DNA from: Candidatus Krumholzibacteriia bacterium
Lineage (GTDB): Bacteria; Krumholzibacteriota; Krumholzibacteriia; WVZY01
Length of the DNA: 38,359 bases
NCBI GenBank assembly: GCA_036478295.1
Contig: JAZGDW010000303.1
Span: 1-38,359 of the forward strand
Reading direction: 5' to 3'
The position numbers were made by a program, and so were the translations under genes. This document shows positions 1-9,235 of the stretch, piece by piece (position 1 is the first letter of the stretch; each line of letters begins with the position of its first letter). Below the pieces are notes generated by a model. The model ran no database searches and was not told the origin of the DNA. It saw only the letters and a program-made list of their open reading frames with translations.

Positions 1-771
1 CAATCGAATAGATTCCTCGCGATACTCCTGATTCTGTTTTTCTCGATCACTACCGGTTGCACGAGCGCTCTGCCGTGGGTCAGCGACCGATGGTGGGAAG
101 CGGCGACTATCGAGTCGGTTGTTGAGCTATTTGACAGTGAGCCTGACCCCAACTGGCAGAGGATCTCCGTTGATGACATCGTGGCACTCGGCGACGAACT
201 CAAGGGGAAGCGAGTGCGGTTTCTCTCCAAGATCGGACCCGGCGGTGCACTGGGATTGAGCGATATCTTTGTCGCGCTTGTGGATTCCGTGCATGTGTAT
301 GGGCAGCTGGAGTGGACTGTTTCGCAGAACAAGGGGCCCGACTTCGTACCGAGCAGTGACTTTAAGATCGCGCTCCAAAAGATCACTAAAGCAGAGGTTT
401 ATAGAGACACCATAGACGCCGCGATACCGGGTAGCGGCGACCCCGAATGGGCGCCGATCTCACGAGAGGACCTCGTGGCGTCTGGAGACAAACTAAAGGG
501 GGAGCGAGTTCGATTTTATTTGGGGACGGCAACAGGCGCCGAGCTACGAACAAACGCTCTTGTGATCGAGCACGTTGACTCTGCGTACGCTTATTGTTGG
601 GGGCAGGCAGCTGATGATCTGCCGAGAACAAAGATGAGGATCGGTCTGCGTGATGTCACAAGAGCGGAGATCCATCAGGAGCAGGCCGGCCAGCGAATGT
701 GGAGTCGTCTGGCACCTTTATGGCCGGTGGCGTTGGCAGCCGCAATCTGGGCTGCGTCACAATTCAAGTAG
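1..771 (+). CDS. Predicted lipoprotein with two tandem ~98-aa repeats and a C-terminal hydrophobic anchor (5' end lies just outside the window)
   Basis: Frame 1 is open from base 1 (QSNRFLAILLILFFSITTGC..., a lipobox-like signal), upstream of the track's GTG at 181. Repeats: DPNWQRISVDDIVALGDELKGKRVRF...KAEVY and DPEWAPISREDLVASGDKLKGERVRF...RAEIH. Confidence 0.75.
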   Translation, partial: QSNRFLAILLILFFSITTGCTSALPWVSDRWWEAATIESVVELFDSEPDPNWQRISVDDIVALGDELKGKRVRFLSKIGPGGALGLSDIFVALVDSVHVYGQLEWTVSQNKGPDFVPSSDFKIALQKITKAEVYRDTIDAAIPGSGDPEWAPISREDLVASGDKLKGERVRFYLGTATGAELRTNALVIEHVDSAYAYCWGQAADDLPRTKMRIGLRDVTRAEIHQEQAGQRMWSRLAPLWPVALAAAIWAASQFK

Positions 772-828
772 CTGCACGTCCGCTTGCGGTCTGCGTACAG
801 CAACGGGCAAAGCGTTCATGCATCCAGA

Positions 829-1317
829 CTAGCGTCCCAGGACGTTCACACCGACTCTTCTTCCACCGACGTCCTTCAATTTGACCTCTCTGCAGGCCGC
901 CCAAAGGAACTGCACGGAGTCCGCCGCGCGTATCGCAGCGTCGAGATAACTAAACAGGACAGAGAGACTCGCGCCGCCGGGATAGGCGGGGTCTATTTGT
1001 ATCTGGATATTCTTTCTGTCGACGGGGATGCGGCAGGGCAGCTTCAGGACATGCCAGTTCGAAAGGCTGGGTGTCCGAATGTTGAGACCTGTCGGTGGAA
1101 ACAATCGCATGTCAGGCACGCTCTTGAACGGTCCCGCCTCCTGGTCTGGTTCGAGCCCGGCGACAAAACCGCGGTCGATGCTGCCACCCAGCCCGTCGCT
1201 GAGCAGCTTTGCGTTCATCGTGTAGAACTTGATGGCGCACTTCGCAGGTAGCGACACGAACTCGTCGTCCCCCAAATCCCAGCGACCGTGGCCGCTAAAA
1301 ACAATCACCTTTTGCAT
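829..1317 (-). CDS. Hypothetical protein resembling the 'putative adhesin Stv' domain (GHG...W-x-ACR motifs)
   Basis: Motifs VFSGHG, IKFY, PDMRLFPP and FLWAACR. RBS GAGGAGAAGG lies just before the ATG at 1317. Family assignment is from recalled motif pattern, not a search. Confidence 0.65.
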   Translation of the reverse strand: MQKVIVFSGHGRWDLGDDEFVSLPAKCAIKFYTMNAKLLSDGLGGSIDRGFVAGLEPDQEAGPFKSVPDMRLFPPTGLNIRTPSLSNWHVLKLPCRIPVDRKNIQIQIDPAYPGGASLSVLFSYLDAAIRAADSVQFLWAACREVKLKDVGGRRVGVNVLGR

Positions 1318-1371
1318 GATAACCTTCTCCTCAGTAGTGGGCGTCATCCTGTCTTTCTAGCATGCCCATTT

Positions 1372-1401
1372 AGTATATCGTAGCGCTCCCGCCCCGTTCA
1401 A
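1372..1401 (-). promoter_or_regulatory. Sigma-70 promoter of the Stv-like gene
   Basis: Minus strand TTGAAC-N18-TATACT. Confidence 0.55.
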
Positions 1402-1631
1402 GCGTCACGCGTGTGCGCGTCGAGCACGTGGTTACTGCGAAAAAGTGAATGGTTGTGGGTAAAGGAGTTGTGAACTCGACGCATCATCCGGTGAGGCAAA
1501 AATGATGCAAGCACATCATGATCGCTTCGACGTGGGGAGCCTCCCCGATCCAACACAAACGCGCGCCTGAGTCACGGGCCGATGGCGGCCCTGCAGACGA
1601 GCGCACCACCGCCACCCCCCAGACAAAACAA

Positions 1632-1660
1632 TTGACTTTAGATCGGGCGCGTAATAGCTT
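1632..1660 (+). promoter_or_regulatory. Sigma-70 promoter candidate
   Basis: TTGACT-N17-TAGCTT upstream of the 1713 ORF. Confidence 0.5.
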
Positions 1661-1712
1661 TCAAGTTAATGGCTTGCCGAGACACGCGTGTAGCTAACTG
1701 CGCGGTGCCTCG

Positions 1713-1958
1713 GTGAGATCGAAAGGACGCACCTTGCTGCGGATCATTATCAACATCCTGTTCATCGCGTTTATCTTCCGCGCGCTCAGTCTGCTCTTCG
1801 GCGGGGCGCGCCGCGCGTTGGGGGGCCGTGCTCGTCCGAAACCAGGTCCACCTCCGGAGGCACCGGAAGGGAAGCGCCCGTACTCGGACCTGTCGCCCTA
1901 CGAGATCGAAGACGCCGAGTACGAGGAACTCCGCAAGGGAAATGATTCATCGAAATGA
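1713..1958 (+). CDS. Small membrane protein (N-terminal TM helix, Pro-rich linker, acidic IEDAEYEEL tail)
   Basis: Hydrophobic IIINILFIAFIFRALSLLF and a typical 'EDAEYEE' C-terminal motif. Overlaps the next ATG (ATGA). Start could be the TTG at 1734. Confidence 0.65.
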   Translation: MRSKGRTLLRIIINILFIAFIFRALSLLFGGARRALGGRARPKPGPPPEAPEGKRPYSDLSPYEIEDAEYEELRKGNDSSK

Positions 1959-2287
1959 TCATCCGACAACGTCGAGTCAGAAACTCCTCGAAGTTCGGTT
2001 CGCGCTGGTCGCACGCGTCGAGTAAACGGCGCGAGCACGTGGCTTCACTATACACGACGGCCGCTATTCAGGCTTTCCTCGGTGCGTTCATGCTATTTCT
2101 CGCTTACCAGAGCTATTTGATGATGCGGGAGAAATTCGCCGACCTGGTGTGGTACTTGAAGTATTCCATCCCGTTCTTTGTTCTGCTGATCGCGGTCATC
2201 GTTCTGCGCGCCCTGGTTGGGAATATCCGAAGCGGAATGGCCGTATATCACGACACACGCAGCCCCCCATCCCCCCCGAATTCTTAA
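1955..2287 (+). CDS. Hypothetical membrane protein with 2 TM segments
   Basis: Two hydrophobic segments; translationally coupled to the upstream ORF. Confidence 0.6.
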   Translation: MIIRQRRVRNSSKFGSRWSHASSKRREHVASLYTTAAIQAFLGAFMLFLAYQSYLMMREKFADLVWYLKYSIPFFVLLIAVIVLRALVGNIRSGMAVYHDTRSPPSPPNS

Positions 2288-2301
2288 TCTAACTCCTTTG
2301 A

Positions 2302-2317
2302 TGGCATAGGAGTTGCT
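2302..2317 (+). promoter_or_regulatory. Sigma-54 (-24/-12) promoter of the GGDEF-sugar-TCS operon
   Basis: TGGCATAGGAGTTGCT = GG-N10-GC, close to the TGGCACG-N4-TTGCW consensus. Overlaps the inverted repeat AACTCCT/AGGAGTT (2291-2314). Confidence 0.6.
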
Positions 2318-2388
2318 GCCCACGAAACGTCTCCTGTTGGAGTCCAATGCTTGCGTTATATCACAATATGTTAGCTAAAGTATAACTC

Positions 2389-3447
2389 ATGAGTAAGTTC
2401 CAAACGTATAAGGACTTGTTGTTTTCGACCCTGGCGGAAATAACCAGCCTGATCATCGCCGACAATGACAAGCGGTTGATTTTTCGCAAAGTCCTCGATT
2501 GCTGTCTGACCGTTCTGGACGTGGAACGCATCTACCTGCTTGAAATACAGGGCGACCACGTTATAAGATATTCAAAATCAAAGGATTCTGATCCCCAGGA
2601 GGGTATAAAGATCGAGAGCATGGAGGGATCCCAGGCCATCCGAGACTGGATGGTCCTCGAGGATACAACGTCGTCCTCGTTCGAGCACGGTAGGGAACTG
2701 GCGTTCGACCTGCCCAACCTGGCAGAGCAGTACCTCGACACGGAAGAATCGAAGGGGTTGATCATGTCGGCCCCCCTGGTTGCAAAAAAGTCCATGTTCG
2801 GGTTGCTGGTTGCGATTCACCCCACGGTCGGCGGTCTCTATACGGCTGAGGATGTCAAATTATTCACGGTTCTGGCGAACCAGGCGGCGATCGCGCTCGA
2901 AAACCGCCAATTGTACCAGAAGCTCGAGAAGGAAGCGATAACGGACGGGCTGACATCGGTTTACAACTACCGCTTCTTGATGGACTCGCTTCGCACCGAG
3001 ATCAAGCGAGCCCTGCGCTTCAAGCAGATCTTCTCGTTTGTGATGCTGGATGTCGACAACCTGAAGCAGTACAATGATCGCCTGGGCCACTTGTGGGGAA
3101 GCCAGGCGTTGAAGGAGATTGCGTCGATCATCGTCGACAAGTGTCGCGAGATCGACCTCGTGAGCAAGTACGGCGGCGACGAGTTTGGCATTCTGCTACC
3201 GCAGACCGACGCGCGGGGTGCAGAAGAGGTCACACGCCGGGTTATCAAGGCTGTGGCCGAGCACAAATTCAACGCGGACACGGAGGGATTGTTGACGTGC
3301 AGCGCGGGGGTCGCGATGTTCCCGCGCGACGGCGCAACGGCAAGAGAACTGCTTGCCAGCGCCGATAAAGCGCTCTACCAGGCCAAGCGCATGGGCAAGA
3401 ACACGGTGCTCACGACGCGGGGTGTCGTCAACGAAGTAAAGAAGTAA
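2389..3447 (+). CDS. GAF-GGDEF diguanylate cyclase
   Basis: GAF end LANQAAIALEN, then TDGLT, DVDNLKQYND..GH and an intact GGDEF with RxxD I-site (REID). Confidence 0.93.
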   Translation: MSKFQTYKDLLFSTLAEITSLIIADNDKRLIFRKVLDCCLTVLDVERIYLLEIQGDHVIRYSKSKDSDPQEGIKIESMEGSQAIRDWMVLEDTTSSSFEHGRELAFDLPNLAEQYLDTEESKGLIMSAPLVAKKSMFGLLVAIHPTVGGLYTAEDVKLFTVLANQAAIALENRQLYQKLEKEAITDGLTSVYNYRFLMDSLRTEIKRALRFKQIFSFVMLDVDNLKQYNDRLGHLWGSQALKEIASIIVDKCREIDLVSKYGGDEFGILLPQTDARGAEEVTRRVIKAVAEHKFNADTEGLLTCSAGVAMFPRDGATARELLASADKALYQAKRMGKNTVLTTRGVVNEVKK

Positions 3448-3489
3448 ATCCCGAGAACTCATCTGACATAGGAAACGCTGAGGAGTTCG

Positions 3490-4782
3490 GTGAAACTCAT
3501 CGATCGCATTAACAGCAAGGACGCGCGCCTGTGCGTCATCGGTCTCGGTTACGTAGGCTTGCCGCTTCTGGTCGAGTACGCGAGCGCGGGATTCACCGTG
3601 GTGGGAATCGACGTCGACACCTCCAAGGTGGACAGCGTCAACGCCGGCAGGAGCTACGTCAAGGACGTCGACGCCGGCGCGTTGAGCGCCGTCGTGAAAG
3701 ACGGCACGTTGCGGGCCACCACCGATTTTTCGGTCCTGGCCGACGCCGACACCGTCAACATCTGTGTCCCAACGCCGCTTCGCAAGACACGCGACCCCGA
3801 TATCTCGTATATCGTGGATGCCGTTGAAAAAATTGCGGAGCACCTGCACAAAGGCCAATTGGTGGTGCTGGAGAGTACGACGTATCCTGGCACGACGGAG
3901 GAAGTCATTCTCCCGATCCTGCAGCGTGTCGGGTTGAAGGTGGGAACGGATTTCTTTCTGGCCTTTTCGCCGGAGCGTGTCGATCCCGGCAATCCCGATT
4001 ACAACACCAAGACCATCCCCAAAGTCGTCGGCGGCATCACGCCGGCATGCACGGAGGTTGCATCGGCGCTGTACAAAGCAACGCTGAGCACGACGGTCAC
4101 CGTGGGTTCCGCGAAGGTGGCCGAAACAGTGAAGCTCCTGGAGAACACGTTTCGCAGCGTCAACATCGGACTGGTGAACGAAATGGCGCTGATGTGCGAC
4201 AAGATGGGAATCGACGTGTGGGAAGTCATCGATGCCGCCGCCACCAAGCCGTTTGGATTCATGCCGTTCTTCCCGGGTCCGGGGCTGGGCGGCCATTGCA
4301 TCCCGATCGATCCGTTCTATCTGTCGTGGAAGGCCAGGCTAAGCGGGTTCGAGGCGCGGTTCATCGAGCTGGCCGGACAAATCAACGGGTCGATGCCGGA
4401 ATACGTGGTGTCAAAAATCGCGGAGGCGCTGAACACGCAGAAGAAAAGCGTGAACGGCGCGCGCGTCTTGATCCTCGGTGTCGCGTACAAGGCGGACATC
4501 GATGATATTCGTGAGTCGCCGGCGCTCGACGTGATTCGTCTTCTCAAGCAAAAGGGAGCCGAAGTGGTGTACCACGATCCGGTGGTGGAGGACAATCCCG
4601 AATTGGAGCAAACGCCGCGCGTGGAGCTGACCCGCGAATCGCTGAGCGGGTGCGACTGCGCCGCGATAATTACCGGCCACTCCGGTGTCGACTATGAATT
4701 CGTGGTCGAGCAGATTCCTGCCCTGATAGACACGCGCAACGTACTCAAGGGGCATCGCTCCCCAAAAATCGTCCGGTTATAA
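3490..4782 (+). CDS. Nucleotide-sugar dehydrogenase (UDP-GlcNAc 6-dehydrogenase, WbpA/TviB/WecC family)
   Basis: GLGYVGLP, CVPTP, ESTTYPGTTE, SPERVDPGN, GPGLGGHCIPIDP, DIRESP. Confidence 0.93.
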   Translation: MKLIDRINSKDARLCVIGLGYVGLPLLVEYASAGFTVVGIDVDTSKVDSVNAGRSYVKDVDAGALSAVVKDGTLRATTDFSVLADADTVNICVPTPLRKTRDPDISYIVDAVEKIAEHLHKGQLVVLESTTYPGTTEEVILPILQRVGLKVGTDFFLAFSPERVDPGNPDYNTKTIPKVVGGITPACTEVASALYKATLSTTVTVGSAKVAETVKLLENTFRSVNIGLVNEMALMCDKMGIDVWEVIDAAATKPFGFMPFFPGPGLGGHCIPIDPFYLSWKARLSGFEARFIELAGQINGSMPEYVVSKIAEALNTQKKSVNGARVLILGVAYKADIDDIRESPALDVIRLLKQKGAEVVYHDPVVEDNPELEQTPRVELTRESLSGCDCAAIITGHSGVDYEFVVEQIPALIDTRNVLKGHRSPKIVRL

Positions 4783-4843
4783 CCCGCACCCGGTTGGCCA
4801 GTCGCGGTCACTCGGCCGTGGACCGGGTACAGGAGGTCCGTGG

Positions 4844-5782
4844 ATGTCAACCTATCTGGTAACCGGTGGGGCAGGCTTCATCGGTTCCCATCTTGCCGAG
4901 ACGCTGGTGGCAGACGGTCACGAAGTGCGTGTTCTCGATAATCTCTCGACGGGAAAGCGCGAGAACATGCAGGCCTTTCAAACCGGCATCACCTATATCG
5001 AGGGCGATATCCGCGATGTGGACACCGTGGAGCGGGCGGTGGACGGTGTCGAATACGTGCTGCACCAAGCGGCGCTGGCATCGGTGCCGCGCAGCATCGA
5101 AGACCCCCTGTCCAGCAACCAGGTCAACGTCCTGGGCACACTCAACCTTCTCGAGGCGGCCCGGAAGCACTCTATCAAGAAATTCGTCTACGCGTCTTCG
5201 TCCTCGGTCTACGGGGACAGCGACAGCCTTCCCAAGCGCGAAGACATGGCGCCCAACCCGAAGTCACCCTACGCGGTCGGCAAGCTGACCGCCGAATGGT
5301 ACTGCCGCGTGTACAGCGAACTTCACGATTTGCCTACGGTTAGTCTGCGGTACTTCAATGTCTTCGGCCCGAGGCAGGACCCCGACTCGCAGTACAGTGC
5401 GGTGATTCCACTCTTTGTCACGGCCCTGATGCGCGGACAGCGGCCGACCATCTTCGGGGATGGCGAGCAGTCCAGGGATTTCACCTATATCGACAACGTA
5501 GTCGAGGCAAATCTCCTGTCGGCCCGTTCGCCGGAGCGCGGCGCGATGGTTTTCAACGTGGCGTGCGGCGAGCGGCTCAGTCTCAATGCGCTCTGCACCC
5601 GGCTGCGCAGCATCATCGGTGTCGACCTCGAACCTGATTTTGGACCGCCGCGAGCGGGAGACGTAAAACACTCGCAGGCATCGATCGATGCCATTGTATC
5701 CGCCTTCGGGTACGAAGCCCGGGTGGATTTCGACGAAGGGCTGAAGAAAACCGTTGCCTGGTACCGGGGTGAGGGGGCGTGA
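4844..5782 (+). CDS. SDR NAD-dependent epimerase (WbpP/TviC-like UDP-GlcNAc(A) 4-epimerase)
   Basis: TGGAGFIGSH, HQAALASVPRSIEDP, SSSSVYGD, SPYAVGK (YxxxK), RYFNVFGPRQDP.SQYSAVIP. Confidence 0.9.
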   Translation: MSTYLVTGGAGFIGSHLAETLVADGHEVRVLDNLSTGKRENMQAFQTGITYIEGDIRDVDTVERAVDGVEYVLHQAALASVPRSIEDPLSSNQVNVLGTLNLLEAARKHSIKKFVYASSSSVYGDSDSLPKREDMAPNPKSPYAVGKLTAEWYCRVYSELHDLPTVSLRYFNVFGPRQDPDSQYSAVIPLFVTALMRGQRPTIFGDGEQSRDFTYIDNVVEANLLSARSPERGAMVFNVACGERLSLNALCTRLRSIIGVDLEPDFGPPRAGDVKHSQASIDAIVSAFGYEARVDFDEGLKKTVAWYRGEGA

Positions 5783-7848
5783 GACCCGCGTCGATGAGAT
5801 CGCTGGCCATCCACGTGATCCTGTACGCGGCCGGTTTCGGCGCGCTGGCGAAGGTGCTGCCGTGGGCCGCCTTCGCACCGGTCGCGATTGTGGTCTCGCT
5901 TGTCCATCTCTACCTGACGGAGTGGGCCAAGCGCCGGCGCTATAACGCGGCCGTGGACGAGGCCCGCACCAGCCAGATCGAAGGGTTTCCGAAGCTGCCC
6001 GCCGTCGGCAGCCGAGCGATGGACGAGCTGGTGCTCGAGAGTCTCAAGGAGCTCTCAGCGGAGCTGGAAAAAAAATGCTGCCAGATGGTCGAGAAAAACA
6101 TCCAGCTGCTGAGCCTCAAGGAAATAAGCGCCACCATCATTTCATCGCTCGACGAATCGCGTATCGTCGACTCCGTGCATAGCTTCCTCGGCAGGGGCCT
6201 GGGATTCAAGGAGGTGTTCGTCGGGATTTTTACGCCGGACACGGACCGCATACACATCTACACGCTGCGTGAGGCATTTGCCGGCGAGTCCCTGTACCTC
6301 GAGCGCGTGGTGCCCTTCCAGGACCTCGAGGGGCTCATGCGCAAAGTCGTGGTGACCCGCAGGTCCGTGCTCATCAACGACGCCGGCCTCCACCCGATGG
6401 GGGACGTCAACGGATCCCCCCTGTTCGCCGAGAGTACGATGAGCTCCTACCTCATCGTGCCCATGGCGAAGAGCAAGCTGTCCAAGGAATGCTGGACAAA
6501 GCCCGACTGCCTGCTCAAAAGTCCCTCGAAGAGCGCTCCGGAGAAGCTAGACGAGGAAAACGCCCTGTGCCCGGCCTGTGGCCGGGTGCCGGTGCTGGGC
6601 ATCATGGGGATGACTGACGGTTTCAAGGCGGCGGCCGTCAGCCAGCTCGATCTGCTGGCGGTCGAGGCGCTCGCCGTACAAATAAGCACATTACTCGAGA
6701 ACAGCCAGCTGTACAACGAATTGAAACGATCCGAGGGCTTTCGCGACAACGTCATCAACAGTATGATGAACGGTCTCATTACGGCCGATACGGATGGCAT
6801 AGTTCTGTTGGCCAACCAGGCGGCGGAGCGATTGTCCGGATACACCTCGGAGGAACTGCGGGGCTCCCGAATCGAGTACCTGATTGCCGGCCGCTCGGGG
6901 GCGGACAACAGTCCGGTGGAGCGGACGATCCGCGAGCACAAGAACGCCGTGCAGGAAGAGGCGTGGCTCATAAAGAAAGACGGCCGGAAACTCCCCATCC
7001 TGTTGAATACCTCGCTTCTCGTCGACGAGGACAAACGTGTCCAGGGCGTGCTGGGTATGTTCCTGGATATCACCCGCATCAAACGCATGGAGCAGACCAT
7101 CAGGCAATTGGACAAGCTGGCCGCCCTGGGGCGCTTCTCCTCGAGCATGGCACACGAGATACGCAACCCGCTTGCCGGTATCGTGGCCGGTATCGAGTAT
7201 CTAAAGCGCGCGCGGGCGATCCCCGCCAACCAGAAGGACAATATTTCCTTCATCCTTCGCGAAGTTAATCGGATAGACCGCCTCATCAGCGACATCTTGA
7301 ACGCCGTACGTACAGGCGATCTGGTCTACCAGCCGGTAGAGATGGAGTCACTGATCAAGAGCAGCATCACGGGCATCAAGGATCTGGCGAAGAAAAACAA
7401 GGTGAAGATAATTCTAAAGTCTCCGGGCGACACGCGGCCGGTCATGCTCGACGCCGACCGCATTACCCAGGTGATGATCAACCTGCTGAAAAACGCGGTG
7501 GAGGCGAGCACGCCGGGCGGGGAAGTGCACGTAGAGGTGTCGTTTCCGGGCGAGGAAAGCGATGTTTTGTTTGACGACACCGAAAATTTGGTTATCATAG
7601 TAGTCAAAGACGACGGCGTGGGCTTTTCAGAGGAAGAAAAAAGCGGAATCTTCGAACCGTTTTTTACCACCAAGGACGAGGGCACCGGCCTGGGATTGTA
7701 CGTCAGCCATAGCATCATCGAGCAACACGGTGGTTATATTCTAGTCGACAGCGAAAAGGGTAAAGGGTCGGTTTTTACCGTTTATCTACCACTGGAAAAG
7801 GTTGAACATGGAGAATCCACAAAAGTCAGTCATACTCTTGGTCGATGA
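5779..7848 (+). CDS. Membrane-anchored GAF-PAS sensor histidine kinase (NtrB/AtoS type)
   Basis: Two N-terminal TM segments, GAF, PAS, H-box MAHEIRNPL, N-box NLLKNA, F/G2 FEPFFTTK..GTGLGL. Confidence 0.92.
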   Translation: MRPASMRSLAIHVILYAAGFGALAKVLPWAAFAPVAIVVSLVHLYLTEWAKRRRYNAAVDEARTSQIEGFPKLPAVGSRAMDELVLESLKELSAELEKKCCQMVEKNIQLLSLKEISATIISSLDESRIVDSVHSFLGRGLGFKEVFVGIFTPDTDRIHIYTLREAFAGESLYLERVVPFQDLEGLMRKVVVTRRSVLINDAGLHPMGDVNGSPLFAESTMSSYLIVPMAKSKLSKECWTKPDCLLKSPSKSAPEKLDEENALCPACGRVPVLGIMGMTDGFKAAAVSQLDLLAVEALAVQISTLLENSQLYNELKRSEGFRDNVINSMMNGLITADTDGIVLLANQAAERLSGYTSEELRGSRIEYLIAGRSGADNSPVERTIREHKNAVQEEAWLIKKDGRKLPILLNTSLLVDEDKRVQGVLGMFLDITRIKRMEQTIRQLDKLAALGRFSSSMAHEIRNPLAGIVAGIEYLKRARAIPANQKDNISFILREVNRIDRLISDILNAVRTGDLVYQPVEMESLIKSSITGIKDLAKKNKVKIILKSPGDTRPVMLDADRITQVMINLLKNAVEASTPGGEVHVEVSFPGEESDVLFDDTENLVIIVVKDDGVGFSEEEKSGIFEPFFTTKDEGTGLGLYVSHSIIEQHGGYILVDSEKGKGSVFTVYLPLEKVEHGESTKVSHTLGR

Positions 7849-9235
7849 TCAGGACTCTATCCGGTTCTTCCTGGAAAAGACGTTGGTGCAGGAAGGGTAC
7901 GAGGCGCACACGGCCAGTACCGGCCAGGAGGCGATCGAGCTCACGCAGAAAGTCATCCCGGATCTCATCCTCCTGGACCTCAAGCTGCCGGATATGGACG
8001 GCGTCGAGGTCTTGAAGAAGATCAAGGAGATGTTTCCGGAGATCGGTGTGGTAATGATCACCGCGTTCGGAGACATTGAGGTTGCGGTGGAAGCCATGAA
8101 ACAGGGTGCCTACGACTTCGTGAGCAAGCCCATCAATCTCGAGCAGTTGTTAATGGTCATCAAAAAGGGCTTGGAAAGCAAGCGCCTGCAGCGCGAAGTC
8201 CTTCAGCTCAAGCGGCAGATGGAACTGGGTGAGGGCTTCGAGTATATGGTGGGCGAGAGCGAGTCGATGCAAAAGGTCTACGACGTGGTGAAGCAGGTCG
8301 CCACGAGCGACACGACGACGGTGCTGATCGAGGGTGAGAGCGGTGTCGGCAAGGAAATGGTTGCGCGCCTCATCCACAAGTACAGCACCCGCGGCAACCA
8401 TCCGTTTCTGGACATCAACTGCGCCTCGCTGCCCGAGCAGCTGCTCGAGAGCGAACTATTCGGGCACGAGAGGGGCGCGTTCACAGACGCCAAGACCCAG
8501 AAACAGGGGCTCCTCGAGTTGGCCAATCGCGGGACGCTCTTTCTGGACGAAATCGGCGAGATGAGCTTGACCATCCAGGTCAAACTGCTCCGTGTTCTCG
8601 AGCGCATGGTCTTTCGCAGGGTGGGGGGAACGAGCGATATTCACGTGAGCGTTCGGGTCATCAGCGCCACGAACCGCGAGCTCAAGAAGGAGGTCGCAGA
8701 ACACCGTTTCCGCACGGATTTGTATTACCGCCTCAAGGTCGTGCCTATCGTTGTGCCGCCGCTGCGGGAACGCCGGGCGGATCTCCTCAATTTCGTCAAA
8801 TATTTCATGAACATCTTCAACAAAAAATTCAACAAGAACTTCGACCGGATAGACGACACAGCGCGACAAGCTCTGTTAGAATACGACTGGCCGGGCAACA
8901 TCCGCGAGCTCAAGAACTGCATCGAGCGCGTTGTCCTCCTCGAGAGAGGGCCGGTTCTCAAGTCGGAATACATGCCGTTCGACTCCGACGGCAGGGAAGA
9001 GAGCACGCTGGGGCGCCGGGTCGACCAGATTCTCTCGGAGCCGATTCCGGACGAGGGCGTCGACCTTGAAGCGCTGGTCTGCGAACTGGAGAAAGAAATG
9101 ATCGTGAAGGCGTCCGAGCAGACCGGTTGGAACCAGAGCAGGACGGCGCGCCTGCTGAACCTGAAGCGTGACAAGCTGCGCTACCGGATGAAGGGTTACA
9201 ACATGGGCGAGAAAAAGGAAGTGACGACCAATTGA
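7808..9235 (+). CDS. Sigma-54-dependent response regulator (REC-AAA+-Fis HTH, NtrC/AtoC family)
   Basis: LLVDD...LLDLKLPDMDG receiver, GESGVGKE, ESELFGHERGAFTDA, LFLDEIGE, WPGNIREL and a C-terminal HTH. Confidence 0.94.
   Translation: MENPQKSVILLVDDQDSIRFFLEKTLVQEGYEAHTASTGQEAIELTQKVIPDLILLDLKLPDMDGVEVLKKIKEMFPEIGVVMITAFGDIEVAVEAMKQGAYDFVSKPINLEQLLMVIKKGLESKRLQREVLQLKRQMELGEGFEYMVGESESMQKVYDVVKQVATSDTTTVLIEGESGVGKEMVARLIHKYSTRGNHPFLDINCASLPEQLLESELFGHERGAFTDAKTQKQGLLELANRGTLFLDEIGEMSLTIQVKLLRVLERMVFRRVGGTSDIHVSVRVISATNRELKKEVAEHRFRTDLYYRLKVVPIVVPPLRERRADLLNFVKYFMNIFNKKFNKNFDRIDDTARQALLEYDWPGNIRELKNCIERVVLLERGPVLKSEYMPFDSDGREESTLGRRVDQILSEPIPDEGVDLEALVCELEKEMIVKASEQTGWNQSRTARLLNLKRDKLRYRMKGYNMGEKKEVTTN

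Noticed and set aside
1440..1620. Riboswitch in the intergenic region (hairpin GCATCAT/ATGATGC)
   Set aside because: No recognisable aptamer consensus, and it lies upstream of both predicted promoters
3196..4296. Long antisense ORFs (also 9704-10546, 11223-12161, 19170-20135, 21435-22520, 27828-29075)
   Set aside because: Shadow ORFs opposite well-supported genes, typical of GC-rich DNA; no recognisable motifs
8474..8491. GAFTDA instead of GAFTGA in the sigma-54 activator
   Set aside because: Common natural variant; not evidence of inactivity or novelty
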